Source of the DNA: Azolla caroliniana
Lineage: Eukaryota; Plantae; Polypodiophyta
Assembly (NCBI GenBank): GCA_043228905.1
Contig: JBHGNT010000006.1
Coordinates: forward strand, 10,230,001 to 10,294,000
Reading direction: 5' to 3'
Length of the DNA: 64,000 bases
Shown here: one piece after another, positions 40,908-52,700 of the stretch
Position numbering within the stretch: position 1 is the first letter of the stretch
Layout: the number at the start of each line of letters is the position of its first letter
Made by a program: the position numbers and the translations under genes
Notes under the pieces: generated by a model
The model's database searches: none
What the model was told of the DNA's origin: nothing
The model's input: the letters and a program-made list of their open reading frames with translations, nothing else

Positions 40908-43900
40908 ATGCCGCCGGACGAGAGCTCATCGCGAACCGGTTTGGAGGGGCCCGACCTACAAGCGCTAATACGGGAGGTGTGCGGGCTCGTAATGGCGAAA
41001 ATCGAAGCCGAAGAATGGCTTATTGCGGGGTCGGGCCCGAGCGGATCGGAGGACGCGGAGGAAGGAGCTTCCTCACACGTGGAGGACGGGGCCTATGCGG
41101 AGGCCGAAAGAGAATGGTACATCGGTACCACGGGAGAGGGTGCGGAGCAAGCCGCCCTCTCGATATGGGGGAAAAGAACGACCGAGGACGAGGTCGGGGA
41201 CGGTGAGGCGGCGATCGCCGATTCGAGCGGGCATGGCGGATTCGGGACATGGTGGCCCGAATCATCGAGTACGGAGGAGACAAGCGGCGGTACCGCAACC
41301 TTCCACGCACCGGTTCAAGAGACCCCGGCGGCCGGCCCGAGCGCCCGCGTGAGACCGAGGGAAAAGAACGGTGGCGGCGGCAAGGCGGGCAACCGAGACA
41401 ACGGTAAGGAGACCGCGGAAGAGGCGGCGGCAAGCATAACCGATGCTTGCATATACGGAGGCGGGGTAGCCACAGACAACGACGTCCGAGCGGAGGTGGC
41501 TACGGACATTACATCGACGAGCGGCGGTCCCGCGACCTTACACGCGTCATTCCTAGAGATCACGGCGGCCGGCCCGAGTGCCCGCGTAAGACCTATGGTG
41601 AAAGGCGGTGGCGGTGGCAAGGCGGGCGACCACGGCGTCGACACGAGAGAAGGTGCGGAGCAAGCGACCGTCTCATCTCGGGGAAAAAGAACGGCCATGG
41701 ACGAGGCCGATATCTACGGAGCGATGGACGCCACTTCGAGAGTGGGCGGAAGTTTCGGGACGCGGTTGCCCGAAACGTTCTACGAGGATTTCGCGAGCAT
41801 ACTCGAGGCTTGCGAAATGGAGGAGGAAGACGAAACGAGCGATGGTGTCGCGACCTTCCACACACCGGCCCTAGAGGCTTCGGCGGTCGGCCCGAGTGCC
41901 GGCACGAGACCTAGAACGACGGGCGGTGGCGGCGGCAAGGCGGGCCACCGAAACGACGACGACATGGGAGAGGGTGCGGAGCGAGCAACCCTCTCGTCTT
42001 GCGGCGAATGGACGGCCAAGGATGAGGCCGGTGACTACAAAGCGGAGAGCGCCACTTCGAAAGTGGGCGGAAGATTCGGGGCACGGCGGCCCAAAACATC
42101 GAGCGGAGAGGAGGCGAGCGGTGGTGCCGCGACCTTCCACACACCGGCCCTAGAGGCTTCGGCGGTCGGCCCGAGTGCCGGCACGAGACCTAGAACGACG
42201 GGCGGTGGCGGCGGCAAGGCGGGCAAACAAAATGATGCGGAGAACGGCGAAGAAGAGGTGGTGGCAAGCATACTAGAGGCTTACGGAATCGGAGATGGGG
42301 GAGCCGCGGACAACGACGTCCGAACGAAAGCGGCTACGGAGACAACAAGCGGCGGTGCCGGGTCCTTACCCACACCAATCCTAGAGGCTCCAATGGCCGG
42401 CCCGAGTGCCGGCATGAGGCTTAGTGCGACGGGAGGTGACGGCGGCAAGGCGGGCAACGGAAACGAGAAGGAAGATTGGAGCGGACGGAGGCAAGACCCC
42501 TTGACACCGGGGCCGGAGACTTCGGCGGTTGTGCTCGAATGCCAACGTGAGACCGGAGAGATGGGCGGTGACCGTGAGGAGGTGAGGCCCGGAGAGAGCG
42601 CATACGAAGACGAGTATGCGGGGCCCGGAATGGGCGTATACGGTGGGACCGACGGAGAGGACCGGAGCGGAAACGAGGAGAGAGTCGGGAACCGACCCGA
42701 CCGGAATACGGCACGGAAGAAGAAGAGAGTAAGGGCCGGCGAACCGGGCCCAAACCGAAGGAAGCCGGCAAGACCGATTGGCCGGTTACGGTTACGGTTA
42801 CGGTTACGATGGGAGCCGGTAAGCGCGAGATGGAGGCTAACCGGGCACGACGACCATGGTTCAGGGGAAAAACAGAAACAAACGAGACCCTCCATACCCA
42901 CTCTAGAGACTACGGCGGTTGCGGATCAACATAAGACCGGAGAAACGGCGGGTGGCGGCGAGAAGTCGGAGGCCGGAGTGTCGAATACAAGTGTATAATG
43001 GACGTATTCACACTATCCCTTTTGTATAGCTCAAGTTTGGGCCATTTGTGTAATTAGCATAAACGGGAGTTGCCCTAAGTCGGTCACTATATAAAGTGAC
43101 CTTGTAACCTTTTTGTAAGGTTGGTTGTATTATTTTTCTATCCAGAAAGAAAGAGTCTTTGTCTCTCCTCTCTCTCTCTCTCTATCTCAGTGCACGATCT
43201 ATGATTCTGTCATACGCAGGTTCTCAACACGAATCGAATGCTTCTTGATCTTCCGCATTGACGACCTCTGTCTTCAACATCTGGTATCAGAGCCTGCACA
43301 GCATTCGGTCCTTCAATCCGCTGTCGGCCGTCGTCTCAGCCTGCACAGCATTCGGTTTCCTGCGTCATTCGAAGAAGAGAGAAGAAGAAGAAAAACGAGG
43401 CTTGCATCTCATCGCGTTAGATCATTTTCGCTTGGAGTAAGCCAGCCGGTTGTACTCTGTTCCTTGTGATCGTAACCGCTCGAGGTGAAATCCCCTTGTG
43501 CAACATTGACACGATCGTGCTCCACTCGGTTAAACGGCATCCGAAGAGGTCAACAAACGCTGCTCGCCGCTCATTGTAACCACTCGGTGCAGATCGGTCT
43601 CAAGACAACAACCCCAATTCGTGCTTCATCCGGCTGATCGACATTCGAGAGGATCAGTTGGATCCGTCTCTCTCGTCGCTGCAGTCACCCGAAGCAGAAT
43701 CGGTCCAAACAATCGGTTTCAATAATCGGTATTCGGCATATATATCCGAAGCGAACCGGGCTCACTCCGACTCGGCAACATTCGGGAAGACCAGTCGGTT
43801 CTGTCCCTCAAGTTACCGGAGTCAATTCGAGCAAGTTCAACAATACATATATCTGAAGCCGAACCTACTCGGGTTCAAATCCGACTAGAACGATATCGGG

Positions 43901-46900
43901 TGAGCCAACCGGCTGCACTCCAACAAGGTTCGTAGTCAACTCCGAACCGAGCTTCGTCAACCGAAACCAAAATTGATGGCATAAACATCCGGCTCGTCAG
44001 AAATGAGTCTACGAAAGTTCGATGGATCAAACTTCAACTTCTGGAAGGAGCAAATGCAGGACTATCTCATAGTCAAGGGGCAAATCGATCCCATCGAAAA
44101 TGAAGAACCTCCAGAAGGATACAAACCAATTGAGTGGCAGAAGCTGGACAGAATCGTCCGCGCCACGATTCGGATGCACCTATCGGAATCGGTATATTTT
44201 ACGGTGCAATCGTGTACGACAACATTCGAACTGTGGAAAACACTGTCGGACACTTACGAAAAGAAGGTCGCCGCAACGAAGATGTTTCTGATCCGGCGCC
44301 TCTACAACTTGCGGATGAAAGAATCCGATTCGGTTCAAGCACATCTCAATGAGTACGAAAGCATAAGCTCCCAAATCTCATCTCAGGGGACGGCAATCGA
44401 GGATGAACTCAGAGCAATGATACTCATGAGCAGCCTTCCCTCATCATGGGAAACTTTCGTCACAACCGTGTGCAACGCGTCAACCACGGCTGTTAAATAC
44501 TCCGAAGTCACGAGCGCAATCCTGACCGAAGCAGCTCGGAGAAAGTCTTTCGCCAAAGACTCAACAGACGACGCTTATGTAGTACAAGGTTCGACAGACC
44601 GATCGAACATACGAGGAAGAGATTCCTCACGACCGCCGAACAATCAGCGAAGACGGAGCCAGTCACGGGATAACCGAATCTGCAACTATTGCAAGAAACC
44701 CGGACACATCAAAGCCGACTGTCGCGCACTCAAGAACAAGAACAACAAGAAGAGTGGCCGGCATGAGGAGATCAATTACGTCAGCTTCTCAGCTGATGTG
44801 CTACCAAACGACCCGAATATACTGTCAATCGAAAATCCAGTCGGATCAGAAGTTCTGCTCACGACTGAAGAATCGAGCACATGGCTCTTAGATTCGGGCG
44901 CGTCATTTCACGTGACTCCTCATCGATCCCAATTTCGGCAATATACGATCCGTCACTCCGACTCAGTTCGAGTCGGCAACTCGCAACATTGTGACATCAT
45001 TGGAATCGGCACAGTAGAGCTCAACCTTGCAAGTGGCTCTACACTTGTACTTCACAATGTCCGACATGTACCCGAGCTCTCAAGGCCATTGATCTCAGTC
45101 GGACAACTAGATGAAGACGGCATTCGTGCCGGTTTCTCTTCGGGAGGGTGGACACTCCACAGGGGGAACCTCCTGCTTGCTAGAGGACCCAAGATACACT
45201 CACTGTATCCGTTACATGTTACGCTCAGAGAGGGTAACCTGTTTTTGGTGGATATTCCTGTGTCATCACTATGGCACAGAAGATTAGGACACCTCAGCAA
45301 GGCCGGCATTACGCACCTATCTAGAGCCGGATACATCCCTAAACTCGCCTTCTCGGACCATCAATTCTGCGAACATTGCCAGTATGGCAAACAAGTAGCC
45401 GCATCACACCCGACATCAGCACCAAGAGAAACGAGACCTCTCGATTTAGTCCACTCGGACGTCTGTGGCCCAATGCCGCATCAGTCTCTCGGCGGTGCCT
45501 CTTACTTCGTCAGTTTTATTGACGATTCGATTCGAAAGGTGTGGGCTTATCCAATTCGCACCAAAGATCGTGTCTTCTCGATCTTCTCCGATTGGCTCGC
45601 TATGGTGGAAAATCAAACTGACCGAAAACTGAAATGTTTTCGGACCGACAATGGGGGAGAGTTCAAATCAGAAGAATTCGTCAAATTCTGCCGACAACGC
45701 GGCATCCGACGTGAATTTACGGCACCACACAGTCCGGAGCAAAACGGGATTGCAGAACGCATGAATCGGACAATCCAAGAACGGATAGTTTCCATGCTCC
45801 AACACTCCGGACTGTCGGATGGCTTCTGGGCAGAGGCTCTACTCACGGCAGTACACATAATCAATATGTCGCCAAGCAGACCTCTAGGACTTCAAATTCC
45901 TCAGGAACTATGGATCGGCAGTAAGCCGAATTACGACAAGCTGAGGATCTTCGGATGCGAGGCGTACGCCCTCATTCCGAAAGATGATCGCCGAAAACTT
46001 GCACCTTGGTCCAAGAAATGCATTTTCCTTGGATATGGATCAGACGGCGAAATGGGATACCGACTCTGGGACCCCGAACGCAGACAAATCGTTCGAAGTT
46101 CGGACGTTGTGTTCAACGAGTCGGCTATGACTCCATCAGTCGAAAAACCGATCGAAGTCCGAAGGGTAACATTTTCCGATGTGCCGACCCTTCAAGAAGG
46201 CCCCGCTCTTAACACACGGTCAGCTTCACGGGTAGCTGAACCTTACACTACCGACTCGGACAACTCCGACTCGGCACAGCAGAATAATTCCCTTTCGGAC
46301 CATCCGACCTCGATACCCGATGCGCCCAGTCCAATCATACCTCGACGATCCGAGAGACTGTCGCAACCTCCGGAGAGGTATTCTCCTGGAATTTTCTTCA
46401 CCGACGCCGGCGAACCGACGTCTTACGAAGAAGCATCGACATCTGTCGATTCAGCCACCTGGCATCTGGCGATGGAGTCGGAAATGCACTCCATTCGGGC
46501 AAACAAGACTTGGGATCTGGTCGAACTACCTAAGAATCGACGTGCTCTTCCTTGCAAGTGGGTTTATCGATTAAAAGAGACGTCTGATTCGACCACCCCA
46601 AAGTACAAGGCCAGATTAGTTGCGAAGGGCTTCCGACAAGAATATGGCGTCGACTTCGACGAAATTTTTTCACCAGTGGTGAAAATGACAACCCTTCGTT
46701 TTCTACTCGGCGTAGTGGCAGCCGACAACTTGGAGCTGATTCAGCTAGATGTCAAAACAGCCTTCCTCCATGGTGATCTTGAAGAGGAAATTTATATGGA
46801 ACAGCCAAAAGGCTTCGTGGCAACTGGCCAAGAACATCTAGTCTGCCGACTCAGGAAGAGTCTATACGGCCTCAAACAGGCACCGCGACAATGGTACAAG

Positions 46901-49777
46901 AAGTTCGACGACTTCATCCAATCGATCGGCTTCTCCAAAAGCGATGAGGACCATTGTCTCTTTACCAACACAGCTCAAGATGGATCACCCATCTTCCTCA
47001 TCATTTACGTGGACGACATGCTAATTTCTGGACGCCACGCGGGCAAACTTGCCGATCTCATTCGGCAACTGCGGTTGAAGTTTGCCATGAAGGACCTCGG
47101 TCCGGCACGACACATACTCGGCATGAAGATTAGTCGGCATCGCGATAAACGACATCTTTTTTTGTCTCAGACCGACTATATCGGACGTGTCTTGGAACGC
47201 TTCAACATGCAATCAGCCAAATCTGCTTCAACCCCGCTCCCCATGAATCTTCGGCTCTCTCAGCGAGACTGCCCGACATCCGGTTCGGAGGGGGAAGATA
47301 TGAAGCCGGTACCGTATGCACCGGCAGTCGGCTCCCTTATGTACCTGATGGTCGCGACACGACCTGATATCTCTCATGCCGTAGGAGTCGTTAGCAGATT
47401 TATGCACAATCCTGGCCGATCGCATTGGAACGCAGTCAAGCATGTGTTCAGATATCTGGCTGGCACAAAAGACCACAGCATTCTTTTCGGTCCGAACCGA
47501 ACCTCAGGCGTAGTCGGTTACACCGACTCGGACTTTGCCGGCTGTATAGACAGTCGGAAATCAACAACTGGATACTGCTTCAAATTCGGCAATGGAGCAA
47601 TTTCGTGGAAGTCGAAACTTCAGGAGTGCACAGCGACCTCAACGACCGAAGCAGAATATGTAGCTGCGTCCGACGCTGCAAAAGAAGCTTTGTGGCTCGG
47701 CCGGCTGGCGCACACGTTTCAACAAGTCGACCATGACTCGGCCCCAGTTGTCTATAGCGACAGTCAAGGTGCTGTTGCCCTGTCGAAAAATCCGGTTCAT
47801 CACAACGCCTCCAAACATATCGACGTTCGATATCACTTCGTTCAGGACTGCGTCATTTCAGGGAAAATCAGTCTAGAGAAAATATCCACAACCGACAATG
47901 TCGCAGATGGAATGACCAAGTGTCTTTCGGCAGACCGTTTTCGGTCTCTTCGGCATCAGATGGGCGTAACGACAAACCAGTCCGGTTAGAGCCGGACACA
48001 GCACAGGATGGTTTCCGACAACCGACATCAGTTCCTTAATGATCGGCGTCAACTCTTCCGACCCGACCAGTTCGGTCTTCTGCCTTCGGACCCTGCCGAC
48101 TCGAACAAAACTGATATGTCCGAGAACCTAGGTTTATACCTGTAATCTTAGATAACCCATGTATACGCCCATTACGGGGGAGTGTCGAATACAAGTGTAT
48201 AATGGACGTATTCACACTATCCCTTTTGTATAGCTCAAGTTTGGGCCATTTGTGTAATTAGCATAAACGGGAGTTGCCCTAAGTCGGTCACTATATAAAG
48301 TGACCTTGTAACCTTTTTGTAAGGTTGGTTGTATTATTTTTCTATCCAGAAAGAAAGAGTCTTTGTCTCTCCTCTCTCTCTCTCTCTATCTCAGTGCACG
48401 ATCTATGATTCTGTCATACGCAGGTTCTCAACACGAATCGAATGCTTCTTGATCTTCCGCATTGACGACCTCTGTCTTCAACACGGAGCGTACGAGGTTA
48501 CCGGAACGGATATCCGGTACGAGATGGTGGACGGGTGGGTCCAAGACGGCGAGCCCGTGTCGGAACGGGCTACGGCGACAAAGGAGGAGAAAACCGACAC
48601 GGAGGTCGGGTCTACGGCGGAAGAGCGAGACGGGATGCATGCAATACGGCCGATGGAGGGCCAAGACACAAGCATGCCTACGAAGGAGCCACATCGAGCG
48701 ACCGAAGATGACGGTCGGATCACGCCTTCGAGAGGCGAATACGAGGAGGAAGGCGGCGACGACAAGACCTGGCACGATGCTAGGGAAGATTGGTGGGAAG
48801 AGGTGGCCTACGGAGAGGCTAAGACCGGCGGCCACGAAGATAAGGCCCGAGAGGGATCCTCCACACCGGCTATAGAGACTCCGGCGGTCGGTGCGAGTGC
48901 CGACGTGAGACCAAGAGTGGCGGACGGTGGCGGCGAGGGGACGAAGGCCACAACGGATGAAGGCACCGAGAGAGGCATACGGGAGGTCGCGGAGAACGAA
49001 GATGTATGCGCCCAAAAGAACGAACACGACATCACGAAGGATGTGTGCGGTCGAGCGGGCCAAGAGGGCCAAGAGGGTGTTCCTCCGAGCGAAACGGAGG
49101 TCGGGGAAGAAAGGTACCTTTCCGAAAGGGTACGCGAAGAGGAGCGGAATGCGAAACGTGCAATGCGGCCGCATGAGGGCCAAGCAACGAGCACGGGAAC
49201 GATGGTATGCTCTACGGCGAGAGAGCACGGCAAGCAAAGGGAAGGCGAAAAATGCGTGATGGGGTCATCGAAGGACCGAAGCACGAGCACGCATTCGGAG
49301 GACGACACCGACGTACGGGGAAAGCCTACGGAAGGCAAGCGCGGAGCGAGAAGAGTCGGCACGACGAGGTGCGCGGCGCGAAAAAGGCGGATCCGGAGGA
49401 TATGCGAGGCGGACAAAGGGTCGGCAACATCGTTCGGGAGGACCGATCGGGGAAGAAAGCGCGGGCATCGGAAACGGCGGTCCGGATGTAGACGGTGGTT
49501 CGAGGAAACACGGTGGACGTGGCGGATCGGGTGGAGGCAACGACTCGGCGAACGTCGTCAATTGTGGCGGATCGGACGGAGCCGACGGTTCGAGACCATT
49601 CGGCGGAGATGGTGGGCCGGAAGGCGACGGTGGTTCGTGTGGACGGGGTGGACTTGCTCGAAGTGGAAGACAAAGTCGGGCAAGCCCACGAGGTTGTCAA
49701 GGGCTCGGTTGGCCGCCTTGGCCGAAAATCTCGCGTTTTGTTCCCCTTTTGGCACATACCGGTGGATGTGCGGTTAG
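40908..49777 (+). CDS. Long low-complexity repeat-containing ORF of element C (40908-42978 + 48489-49777, ~1119 codons when the Copia is removed); function unknown
   Basis: The frame rejoins across the Copia TSD (KSEAG|AYEVTG). About 6 copies of ATFHTPALEASAVGPSAGTRPRTTGGGGGKAG-like units. The strand is T-poor, so the open frame may be partly compositional. Confidence 0.4.
42979..48483 (+). mobile_element. Intact young Ty1/copia retrotransposon (Tnt1/Tork-like); LTRs 42979-43279 and 48183-48483
   Basis: 301-bp LTRs identical by eye (TGTCGAA..TTCAACA). 5-bp TSD CGGAG. PBS TGGTATCAGAGC (tRNA-iMet) at 43282-43293. PPT GGGGGAG before 48183. Confidence 0.96.
44003..47989 (+). CDS. Copia Gag-Pol polyprotein, 1328 aa, uninterrupted
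   Basis: Gag zinc knuckle CNYCKKPGHIKADC, protease WLLDSGAS, integrase (HSDVCGP, RTDNGGEF, QNGIAERMNRT), RT (QLDVKTAFLHG, YVDDML) and RNase H (YTDSDFAG, TTEAEY, KHIDVRYH), in copia order. Confidence 0.97.
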   Translation: MSLRKFDGSNFNFWKEQMQDYLIVKGQIDPIENEEPPEGYKPIEWQKLDRIVRATIRMHLSESVYFTVQSCTTTFELWKTLSDTYEKKVAATKMFLIRRLYNLRMKESDSVQAHLNEYESISSQISSQGTAIEDELRAMILMSSLPSSWETFVTTVCNASTTAVKYSEVTSAILTEAARRKSFAKDSTDDAYVVQGSTDRSNIRGRDSSRPPNNQRRRSQSRDNRICNYCKKPGHIKADCRALKNKNNKKSGRHEEINYVSFSADVLPNDPNILSIENPVGSEVLLTTEESSTWLLDSGASFHVTPHRSQFRQYTIRHSDSVRVGNSQHCDIIGIGTVELNLASGSTLVLHNVRHVPELSRPLISVGQLDEDGIRAGFSSGGWTLHRGNLLLARGPKIHSLYPLHVTLREGNLFLVDIPVSSLWHRRLGHLSKAGITHLSRAGYIPKLAFSDHQFCEHCQYGKQVAASHPTSAPRETRPLDLVHSDVCGPMPHQSLGGASYFVSFIDDSIRKVWAYPIRTKDRVFSIFSDWLAMVENQTDRKLKCFRTDNGGEFKSEEFVKFCRQRGIRREFTAPHSPEQNGIAERMNRTIQERIVSMLQHSGLSDGFWAEALLTAVHIINMSPSRPLGLQIPQELWIGSKPNYDKLRIFGCEAYALIPKDDRRKLAPWSKKCIFLGYGSDGEMGYRLWDPERRQIVRSSDVVFNESAMTPSVEKPIEVRRVTFSDVPTLQEGPALNTRSASRVAEPYTTDSDNSDSAQQNNSLSDHPTSIPDAPSPIIPRRSERLSQPPERYSPGIFFTDAGEPTSYEEASTSVDSATWHLAMESEMHSIRANKTWDLVELPKNRRALPCKWVYRLKETSDSTTPKYKARLVAKGFRQEYGVDFDEIFSPVVKMTTLRFLLGVVAADNLELIQLDVKTAFLHGDLEEEIYMEQPKGFVATGQEHLVCRLRKSLYGLKQAPRQWYKKFDDFIQSIGFSKSDEDHCLFTNTAQDGSPIFLIIYVDDMLISGRHAGKLADLIRQLRLKFAMKDLGPARHILGMKISRHRDKRHLFLSQTDYIGRVLERFNMQSAKSASTPLPMNLRLSQRDCPTSGSEGEDMKPVPYAPAVGSLMYLMVATRPDISHAVGVVSRFMHNPGRSHWNAVKHVFRYLAGTKDHSILFGPNRTSGVVGYTDSDFAGCIDSRKSTTGYCFKFGNGAISWKSKLQECTATSTTEAEYVAASDAAKEALWLGRLAHTFQQVDHDSAPVVYSDSQGAVALSKNPVHHNASKHIDVRYHFVQDCVISGKISLEKISTTDNVADGMTKCLSADRFRSLRHQMGVTTNQSG

Positions 49778-52700
49778 GTGGGGGCGGATGTCGTGAAGAT
49801 TTTCGTCCATAGGCGGAAAACCGAGCGAAGTAAGCAAACCCGCGATGTGCAACGTTGCACGTCAAGATGTTGTATTTCTATTTGTCGATAGTGATAAGTG
49901 TGGTGCTAGAAATGCACCTTAGGATTTGTAAAGTGTAAAGGTGATGTGCTTTTGCGCGCACATCCATGTGAGAGAGAGAGATAGGTACATAGTAGTTCGT
50001 GTAGAGGTGGGAGTTAAGACCCATCCTTCCCACCTCCCCTAAAATCAAGGGAAATATCCCCATTGATTGAAAAGGGATATTTTGTAGCACCTTTATGTAA
50101 CGGTCTTCCCTCCGTGTGCTATAAAGGGAGAGGAAGAGCACCATCGTGGGGGTTGCCTATTTTTTTTTGAGTGCGGAAGGTATACCACATAGGACAAGCG
50201 TTAGGTTTAGGGTTTCTTTTCTTCTTCGTCGGATTAGGGTTTCGGGTTTATCATAGTCGTTTGGTGCGGCCTACGCGGCCGCCATTTTGTAATCGGTTTT
50301 CGGTTCTAATATATCTTGTTGAGCATTTGGCCTCCATCTTCCTCTTGTTCATTCTTTCTCTTCTTGTGCTAAGCTCCATTCCGAAGTCCTATTCCTTCTC
50401 CCCTTCTCCTTAGTCCAAGACCCCCGTGGTTCCGCCCTTCTCCACGCACGCGCGTAACAACGCGACAACGTGATTATCGCTACGGATTACTGCACGAAAT
50501 GGGTGGAAGCGAAAGCACTACGCGACAACACAACGGCATCCACGGCAAAAAATTTACATGAATGCATCTGGTGCCGGTATGGATGTCCAATAGAGCTCAT
50601 AAGTGACCAAGGTGGGCACTTCTTAGGGCAAGTAGTGGAAAGTTTGACGACATTTTATGCGGTGGTGCACAAACGGAGCACTCCCTATTATCCGCAAGCC
50701 AACGGATTAGCAGAGTCAACAAATAAAACACTACAAAATATCCTGCGAAAAATTGTCAATGAGAACCGGACGGATTGGGATACAAAGCTGCACAGTGCAC
50801 TCTGGGCCTACCGAACGACATATAAGACGAGTATCCGCACCACACTGTTTCGCCTAGCATTTGGATTGGAAGCAATGATGCCGGTAGAGTTCCAAGTACC
50901 GAGTTTACGAATACAAATTCGGGAACGCCTAAATGAGAAGGAATCGGAAGTTATCCGGTTAAGCGCGCTGTGCGAATTGGAAGAACACCGGCTAGCCAAC
51001 ATCATGCACCTAGAACTAGAGCAGCGACGAAGGAAAGCGTTCGTGGATCGTCACCGAAAAGGGAACGAAAAGATGTTGAGAATCGGTAAGCCGGTACTCG
51101 TATTCCAGACCCGGATGGGTAAGATGTCGGGAAATCTACGGTTTCGGTGGACCGGACCATACTGGATTACGCGTGAGTTCAACGGTTCCTACCAATTAGG
51201 GACACTTGTCGGCGAGGTTCTGGGTAAATGGGTCAATGGGTTCCGACTCAAACCATACAATGGACCCATGCCAAGAAACCCATTTGAATAAGTGAAGGGC
51301 GACACGGAACCAGACACCGGTAAGTCGGAAGCGACGGCAAGCGGTCCAGCGGCCGACAAGGACCACAATCCGAATAGGGGTCCAGTGGGACCGGTTACGA
51401 ATTAGCAAAACCATTTTTATAATTAAAAATAAATAAATAAAAAGAGAAATTTAAAAATAATAATAAATCAAATCAAATCAAAGTAAATCATGCAAGGGCG
51501 AGGGGTGAACGGGCACATGCAAAAACAAGGAGTGAACAGGCACTTTGAAAAGGTACGTAGTGGGCTATTAATAGGGTATTAAACCGTTGCCACATGGCAA
51601 AACATTCTATTTTAGTACATGACGTGCACACACGTGGGTAAGAAAAAAAAAAACAAGCGCCAACATGCAACAAGAAGACCTCCGCCACATAGAAACCCTC
51701 ACATTACGTGAACAGAGGAGCACAAACACAGACATGCGATTGAAGATCAGCAAACGCGAGCCCACGCACACAGAGACTCCTCACACACAACCCTCACCAG
51801 CGCTCACCGACCTCGACGAAGCCATGGACTACCAAGCACTCTCTGAAGCGGCCAAGAAGTGGCTAAGGCAACACAGGTTAGAGGGTTTCCTCACAATCAT
51901 GGAGGCGCCACCACACCGGGAGGCGGAGAAGATAGTCAAAGAAATGGACACGGAGCTGATCACGGAAGAGGCCATCCATGCGTTGATTGGCCTTCCGGAG
52001 GGGGGCATCTTCACCATCGACAACCCTACCTCGGAGCAGCTCCGAAAATATTTTGGGGAATACTCTCTAGCAAGCAAGGCCTATCGGACACAGGGCGGCA
52101 AAGATCCACTCTTTCGAGAGATTGCCCGTGTGCTCCATGAATTTGGACATGTATACCCTTGACCCCCGTGCATGCCCCAAAACTGGGCCGGCTTAATCAT
52201 AGCCACATATGAAGGCGTGAAGGTGGACTGGGCGGTACTGATTGCGGATGGCCTCTGTGCGGCCATCGACTCTGTCAGAAGCAAGGAGGGTCGGAAGATA
52301 TGGACGGAAGTGGTGCAATGGCTCACCCTATTGGCGCCACCTATTGAGCCCGTCAAGACCACGAAGCGGGGAAGAACAACTGAAGGCACCCCGAAAATGG
52401 CCTTGAAACGACAACAACTGTTGGCTTCTAAGGCAACCAAAGGGAAGGCGGCCGACACGGACCAAGCGGCAAAGGAGAGCGCCAATAGGAAGCGGCAGGC
52501 GGAAATGGAGGAGGAGCCACCGGTACGGCCAATCAAGATCAGGCTTAGCCGACCGGTTCAACAAGCGTCGAACCCCTTGGCTGCGAAAATCAACATCGGG
52601 ACTCAAGAGGAGGAAGCCAAGGAGGAACTATTAGAGCACCTCCAACGGCGCCAGAAGGCAAGCACCTTCGAACATGCCGGGGAGCATTCGGACCCAAAGA

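Larger units (their letters stand above)
39859..50467 (+). mobile_element. Element C: non-autonomous (pol-less) LTR element of the D lineage; LTRs 39859-40537 and 49789-50467
   Basis: 679-bp LTRs TGTCGTGAAG..CGCGACA, about 3 differences seen. 4-bp TSD ACGT. PBS TGATGAACCCGACGTGAA (tRNA-Trp, 1 mismatch) at 40542-40559. PPT AGGTGGGGGCGGA. Gag N-terminus 40580- (FDGKEVPKILRAYDAEM) is homologous to element D Gag. No RT or integrase motifs. Confidence 0.9.
35234..51291 (+). pseudogene. Gag-Pol of element B (split by element C at 39859-50471)
   Basis: ORF fragments 35234-35890, 36814-37440, 37462-38334, 38411-39793 and 50470-51291 are collinear gypsy domains. YNRY|VIIATDYCTKWVEA rejoins across the insertion. 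Confidence 0.9.

Noticed and set aside
41290-42460. Repeat-spacer-like pattern suggesting a CRISPR-type array
   Set aside because: Long degenerate repeats of variable period inside a retroelement, with related spacers, no cas genes and a eukaryotic context.
42783-42810. (GGTTAC)n tract, also at ~53962-53986; telomere-like
   Set aside because: Only about 4 units and not TTTAGGG. Probably independent simple repeats.
43125-43469. ORFs starting MYYFSIQKERV (also at 48329), and twin ORFs at 39948/49878 and 40241/50171
   Set aside because: Identical because they lie in paired LTRs; not genes.
48428-49416. Long antisense ORFs in element C
   Set aside because: Expected from GC-rich, low-complexity composition; no domain motifs.
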